64,000 bases of DNA from assembly GCA_963836235.1 (NCBI GenBank), contig CAWIIP010000004.1, positions 320,001 to 384,000 of the forward strand, in the 5' to 3' direction. The notes under the pieces were generated by a model. That model searched no databases. It had not been told where the DNA came from and saw only the letters and a program-made list of their open reading frames with translations. The DNA is from an uncultured Pseudomonadota bacterium. GTDB taxonomy: Bacteria; Oederibacteriota; Muellerivitia; Muellerivitales; Muellerivitaceae. The position numbers and the translations under genes are program-made. Positions 20,565-29,793 of this stretch are shown one piece after another. Position 1 is the first letter of the stretch. Each line of letters starts with the position of its first letter.

Positions 20565-21419
20565 TTGAAGGAGCGTTTCGTGGCCTGGTATCAAAAGCCC
20601 AAAAAAGAAATCACCAAAGTCCAAGGGAAAAAGCAGGTCCAAGTTCCCCAAGGCCTCTACGCAAAATGTAAAGGCTGCTCGGCGATTCTCTATAACAAAG
20701 ACCTGGATAAGAACTATAAGGTTTGTCCTAAGTGTGGTTATCACTACCAGCTTTCCGCCTTGGAGCGCCTTTATTTGACCTTGGATTCGGGATTTTTCGA
20801 GGAATTTGACGAAAAAATGCTTTCAGAGAATCCCCTGGGTTTTCCTGAATACGATGACAAACTCAAAAAAGGCCAGGAAAAGGTCAAAATGAACGACGCG
20901 GTGATTACCGGGTTGGGTGAAATTAACGGCCAACCTGTCTCGATTGCGATTATGGATTTTCAGTTTATGGGCGGAAGTTTGGGCAGCGTAGTGGGTGAGA
21001 AAATCACGCGCACCGTTGAACGCGCCATCGAAAAAAAAATCGGGGTTATCATTGTTTCGACTTCGGGCGGTGCTCGTATGCAGGAGGGAATTTTTTCTCT
21101 GATGCAAATGGCCAAGACCTCGGCCGCTTTGGCGCGCCTGGGTGAGGCGGGACTGCCTTATATCTCCGTTTTGACGGACCCCACCACCGGCGGGGTGGCG
21201 GCTTCTTACAGTATGTTGGGCGACGTAAACTTGGCCGAACCGGGGGCCATGGTCGGTTTCGCTGGGCCGCGGGTTATCGAGCAAACTATTCGGCAGAAAC
21301 TTCCCAAAGGTTTTCAACGCGCGGAATTCCTTGTTGATCACGGTTTTGTGGATGTCATCGTTCCCCGTAGTGAAATGAAGCAAACCCTTGGAAAGTACCT
21401 GAAGTTCTTCCGGTCTTGA
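20565..21419 (+). CDS. accD: Acetyl-CoA carboxylase carboxyltransferase beta
   Basis: C4 Zn finger, FMGGSLGSVVGEK, SGGARMQEG, PTTGGV. Confidence 0.98.
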   Translation: MKERFVAWYQKPKKEITKVQGKKQVQVPQGLYAKCKGCSAILYNKDLDKNYKVCPKCGYHYQLSALERLYLTLDSGFFEEFDEKMLSENPLGFPEYDDKLKKGQEKVKMNDAVITGLGEINGQPVSIAIMDFQFMGGSLGSVVGEKITRTVERAIEKKIGVIIVSTSGGARMQEGIFSLMQMAKTSAALARLGEAGLPYISVLTDPTTGGVAASYSMLGDVNLAEPGAMVGFAGPRVIEQTIRQKLPKGFQRAEFLVDHGFVDVIVPRSEMKQTLGKYLKFFRS

Positions 21420-22708
21420 AACCGAAGCTCCACTTAGAATCCCTTGAACAATTAGGCTGGCGGTTTGGCCTTCAAACCATCCAAGCCCTCTTGGATGAAT
21501 TAAGCCATCCTGAGCTCACCCTTCAAGTTGTTCATGTGGCCGGTTCCAATGGCAAGGGCTCTACCTGCGCTTTTATGGCTTCCTTCCTTAAACTTTGTGG
21601 CTATAAAACCGGTCTTTATACCTCCCCCCATTTGTGTGATGTCCGCGAACGGTTTCGTTTGAACGGCGAATGGATTTCCCAAAATGATTTTAACCGCCAT
21701 GCCCAGAGGGTTTTGCGGGCTTGTCTTCAAGTCCAAAAAAAACTGGGCCATCTTCCGACGCATTTCGAGGCTTTAACCGCAATCGCTTTTTCGTGGTTCG
21801 AAGAACAAAAAGTGGACTGGGTGGTTTTAGAAGTGGGTCTTGGCGGAAGACTAGACGCGACCAATATTATTCCGTCCCCGGCAGTCTCGCTCATTGCGCC
21901 TGTAGGCTTAGAACACGAAAACATACTTGGAAAAACTCTCGGAAAGATCGCGAGAGAGAAAGCCGGTATTTTGAAAGAAGGCTGTTTGGCCGCCACGGTT
22001 CAGTACCATCAGGAAGCCGCCAAAGCTATCGACGGGACAGCCAGGGAAAAAGGCGCCAAACTTTGGCTGGCTGGGCGTGACTTCATTTTTCGTAAAGAGT
22101 CGGAAGGCTTTTCTTGGGAGGGGCCGGGTTTGATACGCCGGTTCAAACTCCCCGAGATTGACGATTTTCAACTGCCCAATGCCGCCCTGGCAGTGGCAGG
22201 GATTCAATGTTTGAAAACTTTTGGGATTTCCCAAGGGTCCGGAATAATAGAAAAATCGCTTGAAGCTATGCGTTGGCCTGGCCGAGTGGAAGAAGTGAGT
22301 CGAAAACCTTTAGTTGTCCTGGATGGGGCTCATAATCCTCAAGCGGCAAAAGCTCTTTTGCTGTCTATCCGAAATCGGTACCCGAATAAGCATTGGGTGG
22401 TTTTGAGCGGTTTTTTGAGCGATAAAAACTATCGGTCTTTTACCAAGATACTGGCGCCGCTAACAGACTTGTCGATTGTAACCGCGCCTTTCAGCGAGCG
22501 CGCGGAAAAGGGAAGTAACGTTTTTCAAGCCTGGGAAAAATCCGGGGTCAAAACTATTCTGATCCAGAATTGGGAAAAAGCGTTTGCTTTTTCATTGTCT
22601 AAAACGCGACAAGCCAATAATTTAGGACTCTTGATCACGGGATCACTTTATTTAGTGGGGGCATGCCGGAAATGCTTGGTGGGATTAAAAGGGCTGAAGA
22701 CAATTTAA
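21416..22708 (+). CDS. folC: Folylpolyglutamate/dihydrofolate synthase
   Basis: HVAGSNGKGST, YTSPHL, EVGLGGRLDATN, WPGR, DGAHN. Confidence 0.96.
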   Translation: MKPKLHLESLEQLGWRFGLQTIQALLDELSHPELTLQVVHVAGSNGKGSTCAFMASFLKLCGYKTGLYTSPHLCDVRERFRLNGEWISQNDFNRHAQRVLRACLQVQKKLGHLPTHFEALTAIAFSWFEEQKVDWVVLEVGLGGRLDATNIIPSPAVSLIAPVGLEHENILGKTLGKIAREKAGILKEGCLAATVQYHQEAAKAIDGTAREKGAKLWLAGRDFIFRKESEGFSWEGPGLIRRFKLPEIDDFQLPNAALAVAGIQCLKTFGISQGSGIIEKSLEAMRWPGRVEEVSRKPLVVLDGAHNPQAAKALLLSIRNRYPNKHWVVLSGFLSDKNYRSFTKILAPLTDLSIVTAPFSERAEKGSNVFQAWEKSGVKTILIQNWEKAFAFSLSKTRQANNLGLLITGSLYLVGACRKCLVGLKGLKTI

Positions 22709-24165
22709 CGTCAGCTGGTGGTCGTACCAATGTCAGGTACAGGTCATGGGTGGATTACGCAATCCTCGCCCTCATCACCGTGTTGATTGTCCTATTCAAT
22801 GATCGGTGGATAAGCGAGGAAACCCGCCCGCCCCATTGGGATATGGGCTGGCATCTTTCCAACAGCCTTAGTTACCTGGCGACGCTTCATTTAAGGACGT
22901 TTTACAGGCTTTGGACGGATTACCTTTTTTACCCGCCGTTCCGCTATTGGACGACCCTCCCTTTTTACCTGGTTTTCGGAAAGACCGTGCGGGTGGCTGT
23001 GGATACCAACATTCTTTTCATCTCCCTCTTGGCCTTTTCGATTTACGGCATCGGCCGGGAATTGTGGAACCGTTGGACCGGTCTCTTGGCTTCGGTTTTC
23101 ATCCTAGCCTCCCCTTTTTATGTTTCACAGTTTAAGGAGTATCAATTGGATGCCCCCCTGGGGGCAATGGCGGCTTTCAGCCTTTATCTCCTCATTAAAA
23201 CCAACGATTTTTCCGAAAAAAGAACTTCCCGGCTTTTTGGCCTTTCGTTCGCGCTGGGAATGTTGACGAAGTGGGTGTTCTTCCTCTGCATGGCTTTCCC
23301 CCTTTTGGATGTTGTCATCCGGATTTGGAGTAAAAATCAAGATTCAAAAAAACAAAAGCTCTTGAACCTGAGGGATGCCGCCGTTATCGCTTCGGTTCTA
23401 TCGCTTTTTTTCTGGTACGCCCATCATCCGCCAAAATTGCTTTATGACATGTATCACTTTAGAACCTCGGGCGATCCGCCCGTTTATTACTGGTATTCGA
23501 TTTCATACTATTGGCGTTCATTGTGGTACCAGCTTTACCTGATCCCTTTTTGCCTTTTTATTCTGGGGCTTTTTATCACCCTTTTGTGGAAAGAGGCGCG
23601 GGTCCGGAACCGCCCCCTTTTGCTTTTTCTTATCGGGAATTATCTCCTCTTCACCCCGCTTCATAAGGATCCGCGTTACACGATGCCGATGCTGGTGGGC
23701 GTATCTTTGATCGCGGTTTTTCCCTTGAGCCTGATTAAAAATGGGATGCTGAAAATGGCGTCATCCCTTTTGCTTTTCATTTATTGCGCCTTCGCTTTCT
23801 ATTTCATCAGCTTTGGGCAAGGGAACCTGGCTTTTAAAGGGATAACCTTCCTTTCCGCCCACGGCTATCTCATCGGCGCGCCTACCCATGAAAATTGGCA
23901 CCAGGAAGAAATCATCCAGGCCATCGCCAGCTATCCCCCCGAGGAGAGGGAAGAGGCGTTCCCGGGCCCGGAAACGCTGTGGTTTAACGGCTGCGGCATG
24001 GGCTTTTACGCGAAGAAATATGGTGTTCAAACCAGGTCGATCGAGGACAGGCCGGCCTTCCTAGTGTTGAGGGGCGCAACCGAACCCACCGTGCCCGAAG
24101 GTTATTATTTAATTCAAAAGTACGTTTTGCCCGATGGAAGCCTGGTGGAATTATGCAAACGCTGA
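22663..24165 (+). CDS. ArnT/PMT-like (GT-C, family 39/83) glycosyltransferase
   Basis: PPHWD first loop, YPP, multiple TM helices, GMLTKW, KDPRY; start uncertain. Confidence 0.75.
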   Translation: MPEMLGGIKRAEDNLTSAGGRTNVRYRSWVDYAILALITVLIVLFNDRWISEETRPPHWDMGWHLSNSLSYLATLHLRTFYRLWTDYLFYPPFRYWTTLPFYLVFGKTVRVAVDTNILFISLLAFSIYGIGRELWNRWTGLLASVFILASPFYVSQFKEYQLDAPLGAMAAFSLYLLIKTNDFSEKRTSRLFGLSFALGMLTKWVFFLCMAFPLLDVVIRIWSKNQDSKKQKLLNLRDAAVIASVLSLFFWYAHHPPKLLYDMYHFRTSGDPPVYYWYSISYYWRSLWYQLYLIPFCLFILGLFITLLWKEARVRNRPLLLFLIGNYLLFTPLHKDPRYTMPMLVGVSLIAVFPLSLIKNGMLKMASSLLLFIYCAFAFYFISFGQGNLAFKGITFLSAHGYLIGAPTHENWHQEEIIQAIASYPPEEREEAFPGPETLWFNGCGMGFYAKKYGVQTRSIEDRPAFLVLRGATEPTVPEGYYLIQKYVLPDGSLVELCKR

Positions 24166-25331
24166 GCGGCAATCCGCGGTTGCCATAGACCAGTCTGTAA
24201 TCCCAATAGGAAAAACTGGACGTTCATGAATTGATGGCTGAAGGTATATTCGGTCATCCCCCAGACCAAGATCGCGGTGAAGACACATAAAAAGGTCCAG
24301 TTCAGGGTTTGGGCTTTTAAGTCGTCAGATTGAAAGCGCAAAGCGGTTCCGTAATAAACGGCTATCCAAAAAAAGTAGGCCGCCAGTCCGATCCAACCAT
24401 TTTGGGCCAGGATTTGGAGAAAATTATTGTGAAGATGGGGAATGATCCATTCTGTGGAATTAGGATTGCGATACTTCGGAAAAATATCTTCCATATTTCC
24501 TTGGCCAATTCCCCAGGGATAATCCTTAATGATTTTAAATCCCGATGTCCATATGAAAACCCGTTCGTTATTGGCGCTTTGAACTTGGTGATCGGATCCG
24601 AAATGGACCCATATATCGCCGATGCTCTTGAACCTTTGTTGGAGAGCCGAAGGCAATAAAAAAGGAAGACACACTAGGATGACCCCTCCCGCCAGGAGCC
24701 ACTTCTTGTTGAAACGCCAGGCCCAAAAGGCGAAGCCGACGACTAAACCTAGCCAAGCGCCGCGGGTTTGGGTTAGGAGCAGTGCGGTTCCTAAAAGAGG
24801 CACCATAGCCCACCAGATGATGGTTCTTGGGTTGTTTTTCAAAAAATAGGCCAAGATCAAGAACGAGACCATTAAAAGGCCGCCGAAAACCATTTTGTCC
24901 CCGGAGAAGGAATCGATCCTGTCCTGATGAAGAGTAAAGTGTTTTCCAATTCCGAAAATGGCACAAACGGAACTTCCGTAAAGAAAGAACGACAAAATCT
25001 TTTCAATTTCCCTTGAATTTAGGGTGATGGCCCCGATAGGAAAGATCATTAGAAAGGTCAGGTATTTATGAACACGCCCGGCATGAAAACTGTTATAGGG
25101 GTTGACGCCTAAAACGGCGCCAAGAAAAAAAGTGAAAAGAAAAATAAGCGTAGCAATGGCAAAAAGCCCTTTGGGCCACTCGAATTTTTTTTTATTTTTA
25201 TAGTGGTCAAAAAGAAAAAGAACGACCGCGATCCAAATAATGTTTTGCAAAGCAATAGAGGCGACTGAAGTGGCCGCAAAGGCCAGAAGCAACCAAAAAA
25301 GGGGACGGGTGTAGGAAAGTTGGTTTTCCAT
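24114..25331 (-). CDS. O-antigen ligase (WaaL-like) family protein
   Basis: LLLTQTRGAWLG, ER..IW, GIGQGN, HLHNNFLQ; ATG 25331 (or 25379). Confidence 0.85.
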   Translation of the reverse strand: MENQLSYTRPLFWLLLAFAATSVASIALQNIIWIAVVLFLFDHYKNKKKFEWPKGLFAIATLIFLFTFFLGAVLGVNPYNSFHAGRVHKYLTFLMIFPIGAITLNSREIEKILSFFLYGSSVCAIFGIGKHFTLHQDRIDSFSGDKMVFGGLLMVSFLILAYFLKNNPRTIIWWAMVPLLGTALLLTQTRGAWLGLVVGFAFWAWRFNKKWLLAGGVILVCLPFLLPSALQQRFKSIGDIWVHFGSDHQVQSANNERVFIWTSGFKIIKDYPWGIGQGNMEDIFPKYRNPNSTEWIIPHLHNNFLQILAQNGWIGLAAYFFWIAVYYGTALRFQSDDLKAQTLNWTFLCVFTAILVWGMTEYTFSHQFMNVQFFLLGLQTGLWQPRIAAQRLHNSTRLPSGKTYF

Positions 25332-25398
25332 CGGGTTGATTATAAAACTCGCCAACCTTCTTCGGTTAAAAAACCCCATAAATTGAACCGCTTGTTCG

Positions 25399-25427
25399 TT
25401 GACAGGCCTAACCTTCGATGTTTAAAT
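25399..25427 (+). promoter_or_regulatory. Sigma70 promoter for ABC ATPase gene
   Basis: TTGACA-17 nt-TTAAAT preceded by TG. Confidence 0.6.
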
Positions 25428-25429
25428 AA

Positions 25430-25511
25430 CGGTGCTTTTGGTCGTCTTCCCCGCTTCATTCGTTGTTTGGTGATGCGGGCTCCCTTTTAGGAGCGGCGGA
25501 AATAAGTGCCG
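25430..25511 (+). ncRNA. Candidate structured 5' leader of MsmX/MsiK-type ATPase
   Basis: Closing stem CGGTGCTT/AAGTGCCG enclosing stems CCCGC..TCATT/GGTGA..GCGGG and CTCC/GGAG. Confidence 0.4.
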
Positions 25512-25585
25512 GTGGCGAATTTGGTTCTGACCCGTTCCCGCGTTTTTTCGAGACGGTTTGGTCCCTGGTCATGGAGGATATTGAA

Positions 25586-26692
25586 ATGTCGAAAGTTGTC
25601 CTTAAAAGCGTGAATAAGGTTTACGCAAATAATGTCGTAGCTGTCAATAATGTTAACATTGAAATTGCTGACAAGGAATTTCTGGTTCTCGTGGGTCCCT
25701 CGGGTTGTGGAAAGTCCACGACTCTTCGTATGGTGGCCGGCCTGGAAGAACTTTCCGGTGGCGAGATTCGAATCGACGACGTCCTGGTGAACGACGTTCC
25801 TCCCAAAGACCGCGATATTGCGATGGTTTTCCAAAATTACGCCTTGTATCCCCACATGACCGTGTTCGATAACATGGCTTTTGGATTGAAGCTCCGCAAG
25901 TATCCCAAGGAAGAAATCAAGCAACGTGTTTACGAGGCGGCCAACATCCTGGGCATCCAAGAACTATTGAATCGCCGCCCGAAGGAACTCTCCGGTGGTC
26001 AAAGGCAGCGCGTGGCGGTCGGACGGGCCATTGTTCGTAAACCTAAAGTGTTCCTTTTCGACGAGCCCCTTTCAAACCTGGACGCCAAATTGCGTGTTCA
26101 AATGCGGGCCGAAATCTCCAAGCTTCATACCCGCCTTCAAGCGACCATGATTTACGTTACGCATGATCAGCTGGAAGCCATGACGATGGGCGACCGTATT
26201 GCTGTCATGAAGGACGGTTACGTCCAACAGATCGCCGATCCCATTACCCTTTACGAAAAACCCGTCAATAAATTCGTGGCTGGATTCATCGGAACGCCCG
26301 CGATGAATTTCATGGAAGGGACGCTTAATAAGAAACGAATGGGTATCTTCTTCAATGAGGAAAACTTCGAAATTAAGCTTCCGGACAGTTTTACCGCACA
26401 GGTGGAGAGCCATGTGGGGCGTGAAGTTATCCTGGGAGTCAGGCCGGAGGACATCCACGATAAGATGGACGCCGCCAACGCTTCTCCCGACAACACGATC
26501 AGCGCAACCGTCGAAATAATCGAGCCTTTGGGAGCGGAAGCTTATCTTTACCTGACGACGGGTAAAAGTCCCTTTATCGCCAAGGTTGACAGCCACGAGC
26601 AAATTGAGATCAACCAGGACATCGAGTTGGTGTTCAACATGCAAAAGGCGCACATTTTCGATAAAGAAACGGAAAAGTGTCTGACCAATTGA
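25586..26692 (+). CDS. Sugar ABC transporter ATP-binding protein (MalK/MsmX/MsiK/UgpC)
   Basis: GPSGCGKST, VFQNYALYPHM, LSGGQRQR, DEPLSNLDAKLR, C-terminal TOBE/OB domain; ATG 25586 after GGAGG. Confidence 0.95.
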   Translation: MSKVVLKSVNKVYANNVVAVNNVNIEIADKEFLVLVGPSGCGKSTTLRMVAGLEELSGGEIRIDDVLVNDVPPKDRDIAMVFQNYALYPHMTVFDNMAFGLKLRKYPKEEIKQRVYEAANILGIQELLNRRPKELSGGQRQRVAVGRAIVRKPKVFLFDEPLSNLDAKLRVQMRAEISKLHTRLQATMIYVTHDQLEAMTMGDRIAVMKDGYVQQIADPITLYEKPVNKFVAGFIGTPAMNFMEGTLNKKRMGIFFNEENFEIKLPDSFTAQVESHVGREVILGVRPEDIHDKMDAANASPDNTISATVEIIEPLGAEAYLYLTTGKSPFIAKVDSHEQIEINQDIELVFNMQKAHIFDKETEKCLTN

Positions 26693-26720
26693 TGCTGGGT
26701 TTTAACCTGAAGTTATTTTT

Positions 26721-26752
26721 AAAAACCGGGGCGGCTTTCCGTCCCGGTTTTT
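26721..26752 (+). terminator. Rho-independent terminator (potentially bidirectional)
   Basis: AAAAACCGGGGCGG-CTTT-CCGTCCCGGTTTTT. Confidence 0.85.
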
Positions 26753-26803
26753 GAGTTTTATGGTAACTTTGACCTTCCCTAAGCGTTACGCCAAGGAGAA
26801 CTC

Positions 26804-28108
26804 ATGAAAATCGCGGTAGTTGGAACTGGCTACGTGGGCTTGGTCACGGGTGCTTGTTTCGCGGACCTGGGCAACATCGTAACCTGTGTGGATGTGAATC
26901 GTGAGAAGATCCAACAGCTCAAAAAAGGTTACGTACCCCTTTTTGAGCCTGGGCTTGAGGAGATTATTCGGCGTAACCGAGGCAAAAGGCTGGCCTTCAC
27001 GACGGATTTATCCAAAGCCGTTCAATCCTCAGATTTTATTTTTATCGCAGTTAGTACTCCCGCTGGGAAAAGTGGCGAAGCCGATATATCCAGTGTGAAG
27101 GCAGTGGCCTTAGGAATCGCCAAAGCCATTCATAAGTACAAAATCATTATCAATAAAAGCACTGTCCCTATCGGCATGGGAGATATTGTCACTCAAATCA
27201 TCATCAAGCACGGCCCCAAAGATGTATCTTTCGACATGGTTTCCAACCCTGAGTTCCTTAGGGAAGGCTCAGCGGTGGCCGATCTCCTTCGGCCCGAAAG
27301 GATCGTCATCGGCGCCACCCGGCGCACCGCCGCCCAAAAGGTGGCGGAGATTTACAAACCTCTCCATTGTCCTATCTTGATCACGGATTTAAAAAGCGCA
27401 GAAATGATCAAGTACGCTTCCAACGCTTTTCTCGCCACGAAAATTTCCTTTATCAATGAAATAGCCAATCTCTGCGATAAGGTTGGAGCGGATGTCCTGC
27501 AAGTTACCCGGGGCATGAGTTACGATTCACGAATCGGTGGCCAGTTCTTTAATCCAGGCCTGGGGTTCGGGGGAAGCTGTTTCCCGAAAGATGTGGCCGC
27601 CTTGATCCATATCGGCAAAACGAACCGTTACCCCTTTCGTATTCTCCCCGATGTTTTGGAGATCAACGGTCACCAGCGGAAGTTATTCGTCCAAAAAGTC
27701 CAAAAAACCTTGGGAAACTTAAAAGGAAAGACCCTGGCGGTATGGGGGCTTTCTTTTAAACCGAATACGGACGATATGCGGGAGGCGCCTTCCCTCACCA
27801 TTCTTCCCGCTTTGCTATCCAAGGGAGCCAAGCTTCGAGCTTACGATCCGGTTTCCATGGGTAAGGCCCGGAAGCTTTTTAAAAATATGAAATTCTGCCG
27901 GACCCCCTACGAGGCCGCCCAAGGGGCGGACGCGGTGCTGATCCTGACGGAATGGAATGAATTCAAGCAGATTGATTTTCAAAAATTACGAACGATTGTA
28001 CAACAACCCATCCTCATTGACGGACGGAACATGTATGACGCCCAAGAGATGGCGGAGAAAGGCTTTACCTATCACGGCATGGGGCGGGGCGAGGTTTCGC
28101 AGTTTTGA
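26804..28108 (+). CDS. ugd: UDP-glucose 6-dehydrogenase
   Basis: GTGYVG, NPEFLREG, KYASNAFLA, GFGGSCFPKD, FKPNTDD. Confidence 0.93.
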   Translation: MKIAVVGTGYVGLVTGACFADLGNIVTCVDVNREKIQQLKKGYVPLFEPGLEEIIRRNRGKRLAFTTDLSKAVQSSDFIFIAVSTPAGKSGEADISSVKAVALGIAKAIHKYKIIINKSTVPIGMGDIVTQIIIKHGPKDVSFDMVSNPEFLREGSAVADLLRPERIVIGATRRTAAQKVAEIYKPLHCPILITDLKSAEMIKYASNAFLATKISFINEIANLCDKVGADVLQVTRGMSYDSRIGGQFFNPGLGFGGSCFPKDVAALIHIGKTNRYPFRILPDVLEINGHQRKLFVQKVQKTLGNLKGKTLAVWGLSFKPNTDDMREAPSLTILPALLSKGAKLRAYDPVSMGKARKLFKNMKFCRTPYEAAQGADAVLILTEWNEFKQIDFQKLRTIVQQPILIDGRNMYDAQEMAEKGFTYHGMGRGEVSQF

Positions 28109-28178
28109 ACTTGAGCCGTTTACGATCGGCCATTAGCCGTCCGGCAAGGGTTCAAATCCGGCCTGCGGGAGTTTCGAA

Positions 28179-29048
28179 GTGAAAATAGCCTTACTAGGTT
28201 CCACCGGAATGCTGGGCTCGAAAACAGCGGAGTTTTTGAGAGCTCGAGGCCACGAACTGCTGACGCCCGGTCGTTTGGACGCCGATTTGCAATATCCCCA
28301 TACCCTGGAAAAATTCTTTCAGTCTAATTCTTTTGAGGCGCTCATCAATTGCGCCGGATTTACCCGAGTGGACGCCTGTGAGGAACCGGCCAAGTTTTCC
28401 ATGGCCCTTAATACCAATGGAACGTCCGTGGGATGGCTGGCTCAATTTTGCAAAAAAGAAAATCGGATTCTCGTCCATTATTCCACGGATTACGTTTTCG
28501 ACGGTTTGAAGAAAGAACCTTACTTGGAAACGGATCCAACTGATCCCCTTAATGTTTATGGAAAAACCAAGAGGCAGGGCGAAAAGCTGATCGAAATGGA
28601 AAAACCTTTTTATTACCTCATCCGGTCCTCCTGGGTTTTCGGGCCTCATGGGGACAACTTCGTCAATAAGATCGCTGGGATTATGAAAATGAAGCCAAGG
28701 CTTGAGGTCGTTGGCGACCAAGTGGGTGGCCCCACTTATACAGGCGATTTGGCCCAATTTACCCTTGAACTGTTGGAAAAGAAGGCGGAGCCGGGACTTT
28801 ATCATTTCGCGAACGAAGGGTATGTTTCGTGGCATGGTTTCGCCAAGGAAATTCAGAAACAGCTGGGATTCTCTTCCTGTGAAGTAGCTCCGGTTTTAAG
28901 CGCGAACGTTTTTCGGCCCGCCCGGCGACCGGCCAATTCCCGCTTCAACTTGGAGAAAGCCGTAAAGGCGGTCGGACATCCCATTCGCTCCTGGCAGGAA
29001 GCCTTGAGGGAATATTTGGCGAAGGAATACAAAAGTGAAACGGCCTGA
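28179..29048 (+). CDS. rfbD: dTDP-4-dehydrorhamnose reductase
   Basis: GSTGMLG, STDYVFDG, YGKTK, DQVGGPT, RP..S. Confidence 0.92.
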   Translation: MKIALLGSTGMLGSKTAEFLRARGHELLTPGRLDADLQYPHTLEKFFQSNSFEALINCAGFTRVDACEEPAKFSMALNTNGTSVGWLAQFCKKENRILVHYSTDYVFDGLKKEPYLETDPTDPLNVYGKTKRQGEKLIEMEKPFYYLIRSSWVFGPHGDNFVNKIAGIMKMKPRLEVVGDQVGGPTYTGDLAQFTLELLEKKAEPGLYHFANEGYVSWHGFAKEIQKQLGFSSCEVAPVLSANVFRPARRPANSRFNLEKAVKAVGHPIRSWQEALREYLAKEYKSETA

Positions 29049-29784
29049 ACTTTCAGTAGTCATTCCCGTCTACAACGAAGAATCTCGGGTGGGTAAGACC
29101 CTTGAGGATTCCTTGGCTTATCTAAAAAAGAGGAAAATCCGGGCCGAGATCCTGGTGGTGGATGACGGTTCCAAAGATAAAACTCTGGAAGTGGTTTACG
29201 GAATCAAACGAAAAATAAGAGGGGTTACATTAAAAATTCTTCAACATGAGGTTAATCGGGGCAAGGGAGCGGCTGTTCAAACGGGGGCCCTCGTCGCCCA
29301 AGGTGATACTGTTCTCTTCATGGACGCGGACAACGCGACGCCGCTTTCGGAGTTCGATAAATTCAGGCTTCTTTTGAAAGAAGGGGTTGAAGTTATTGTG
29401 GGAAGCCGGGCGGTGAATCGGAAAGAAGTGAAAGTTCCCCAGCCACTTTATCGCCAGGCCTTGGGAAGGATGGCCAATCTTTTGATCCAGGTAATGGTGG
29501 TTCCCGGCATTTGGGACACCCAATGCGGATTCAAAGCTTTCAGCCGTAAAGCGTCCCTTCGCATTTTCCCCCTTCAAACGATCAACCGCTTCGGGTTTGA
29601 TTTTGAACTGCTTTTTCTCGCCCACAAGCTGGGCTTTTCCATGAAGGAAATTTCGGTGCAGTGGTTCAACTCCCCCTTTTCTAAAGTGAGGATGGGGGAT
29701 TATGTCCTGACCCTCATCGAGCTCATTTCCATTCGTTGGAATGATCTTAAGGGACGCTACGAGCCTAAGCCGACGGCGAAATAA
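29035..29784 (+). CDS. Polyprenol-phosphate glycosyltransferase (GT2, Alg5/DPM-like)
   Basis: VVIPVYNE, VDDGS, NRGKG, DAD, DTQCGFK, FGFDFELL. Confidence 0.88.
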   Translation: MKRPELSVVIPVYNEESRVGKTLEDSLAYLKKRKIRAEILVVDDGSKDKTLEVVYGIKRKIRGVTLKILQHEVNRGKGAAVQTGALVAQGDTVLFMDADNATPLSEFDKFRLLLKEGVEVIVGSRAVNRKEVKVPQPLYRQALGRMANLLIQVMVVPGIWDTQCGFKAFSRKASLRIFPLQTINRFGFDFELLFLAHKLGFSMKEISVQWFNSPFSKVRMGDYVLTLIELISIRWNDLKGRYEPKPTAK

Positions 29785-29793
29785 GGAACATCG

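Noticed and set aside
25381-25397. LexA-like box / shared TTGAACCGCTT motif (also near 45354)
   Set aside because: Spacing is GAAC-N5-GTTC rather than N4 and the second site has different spacing; two occurrences could be chance
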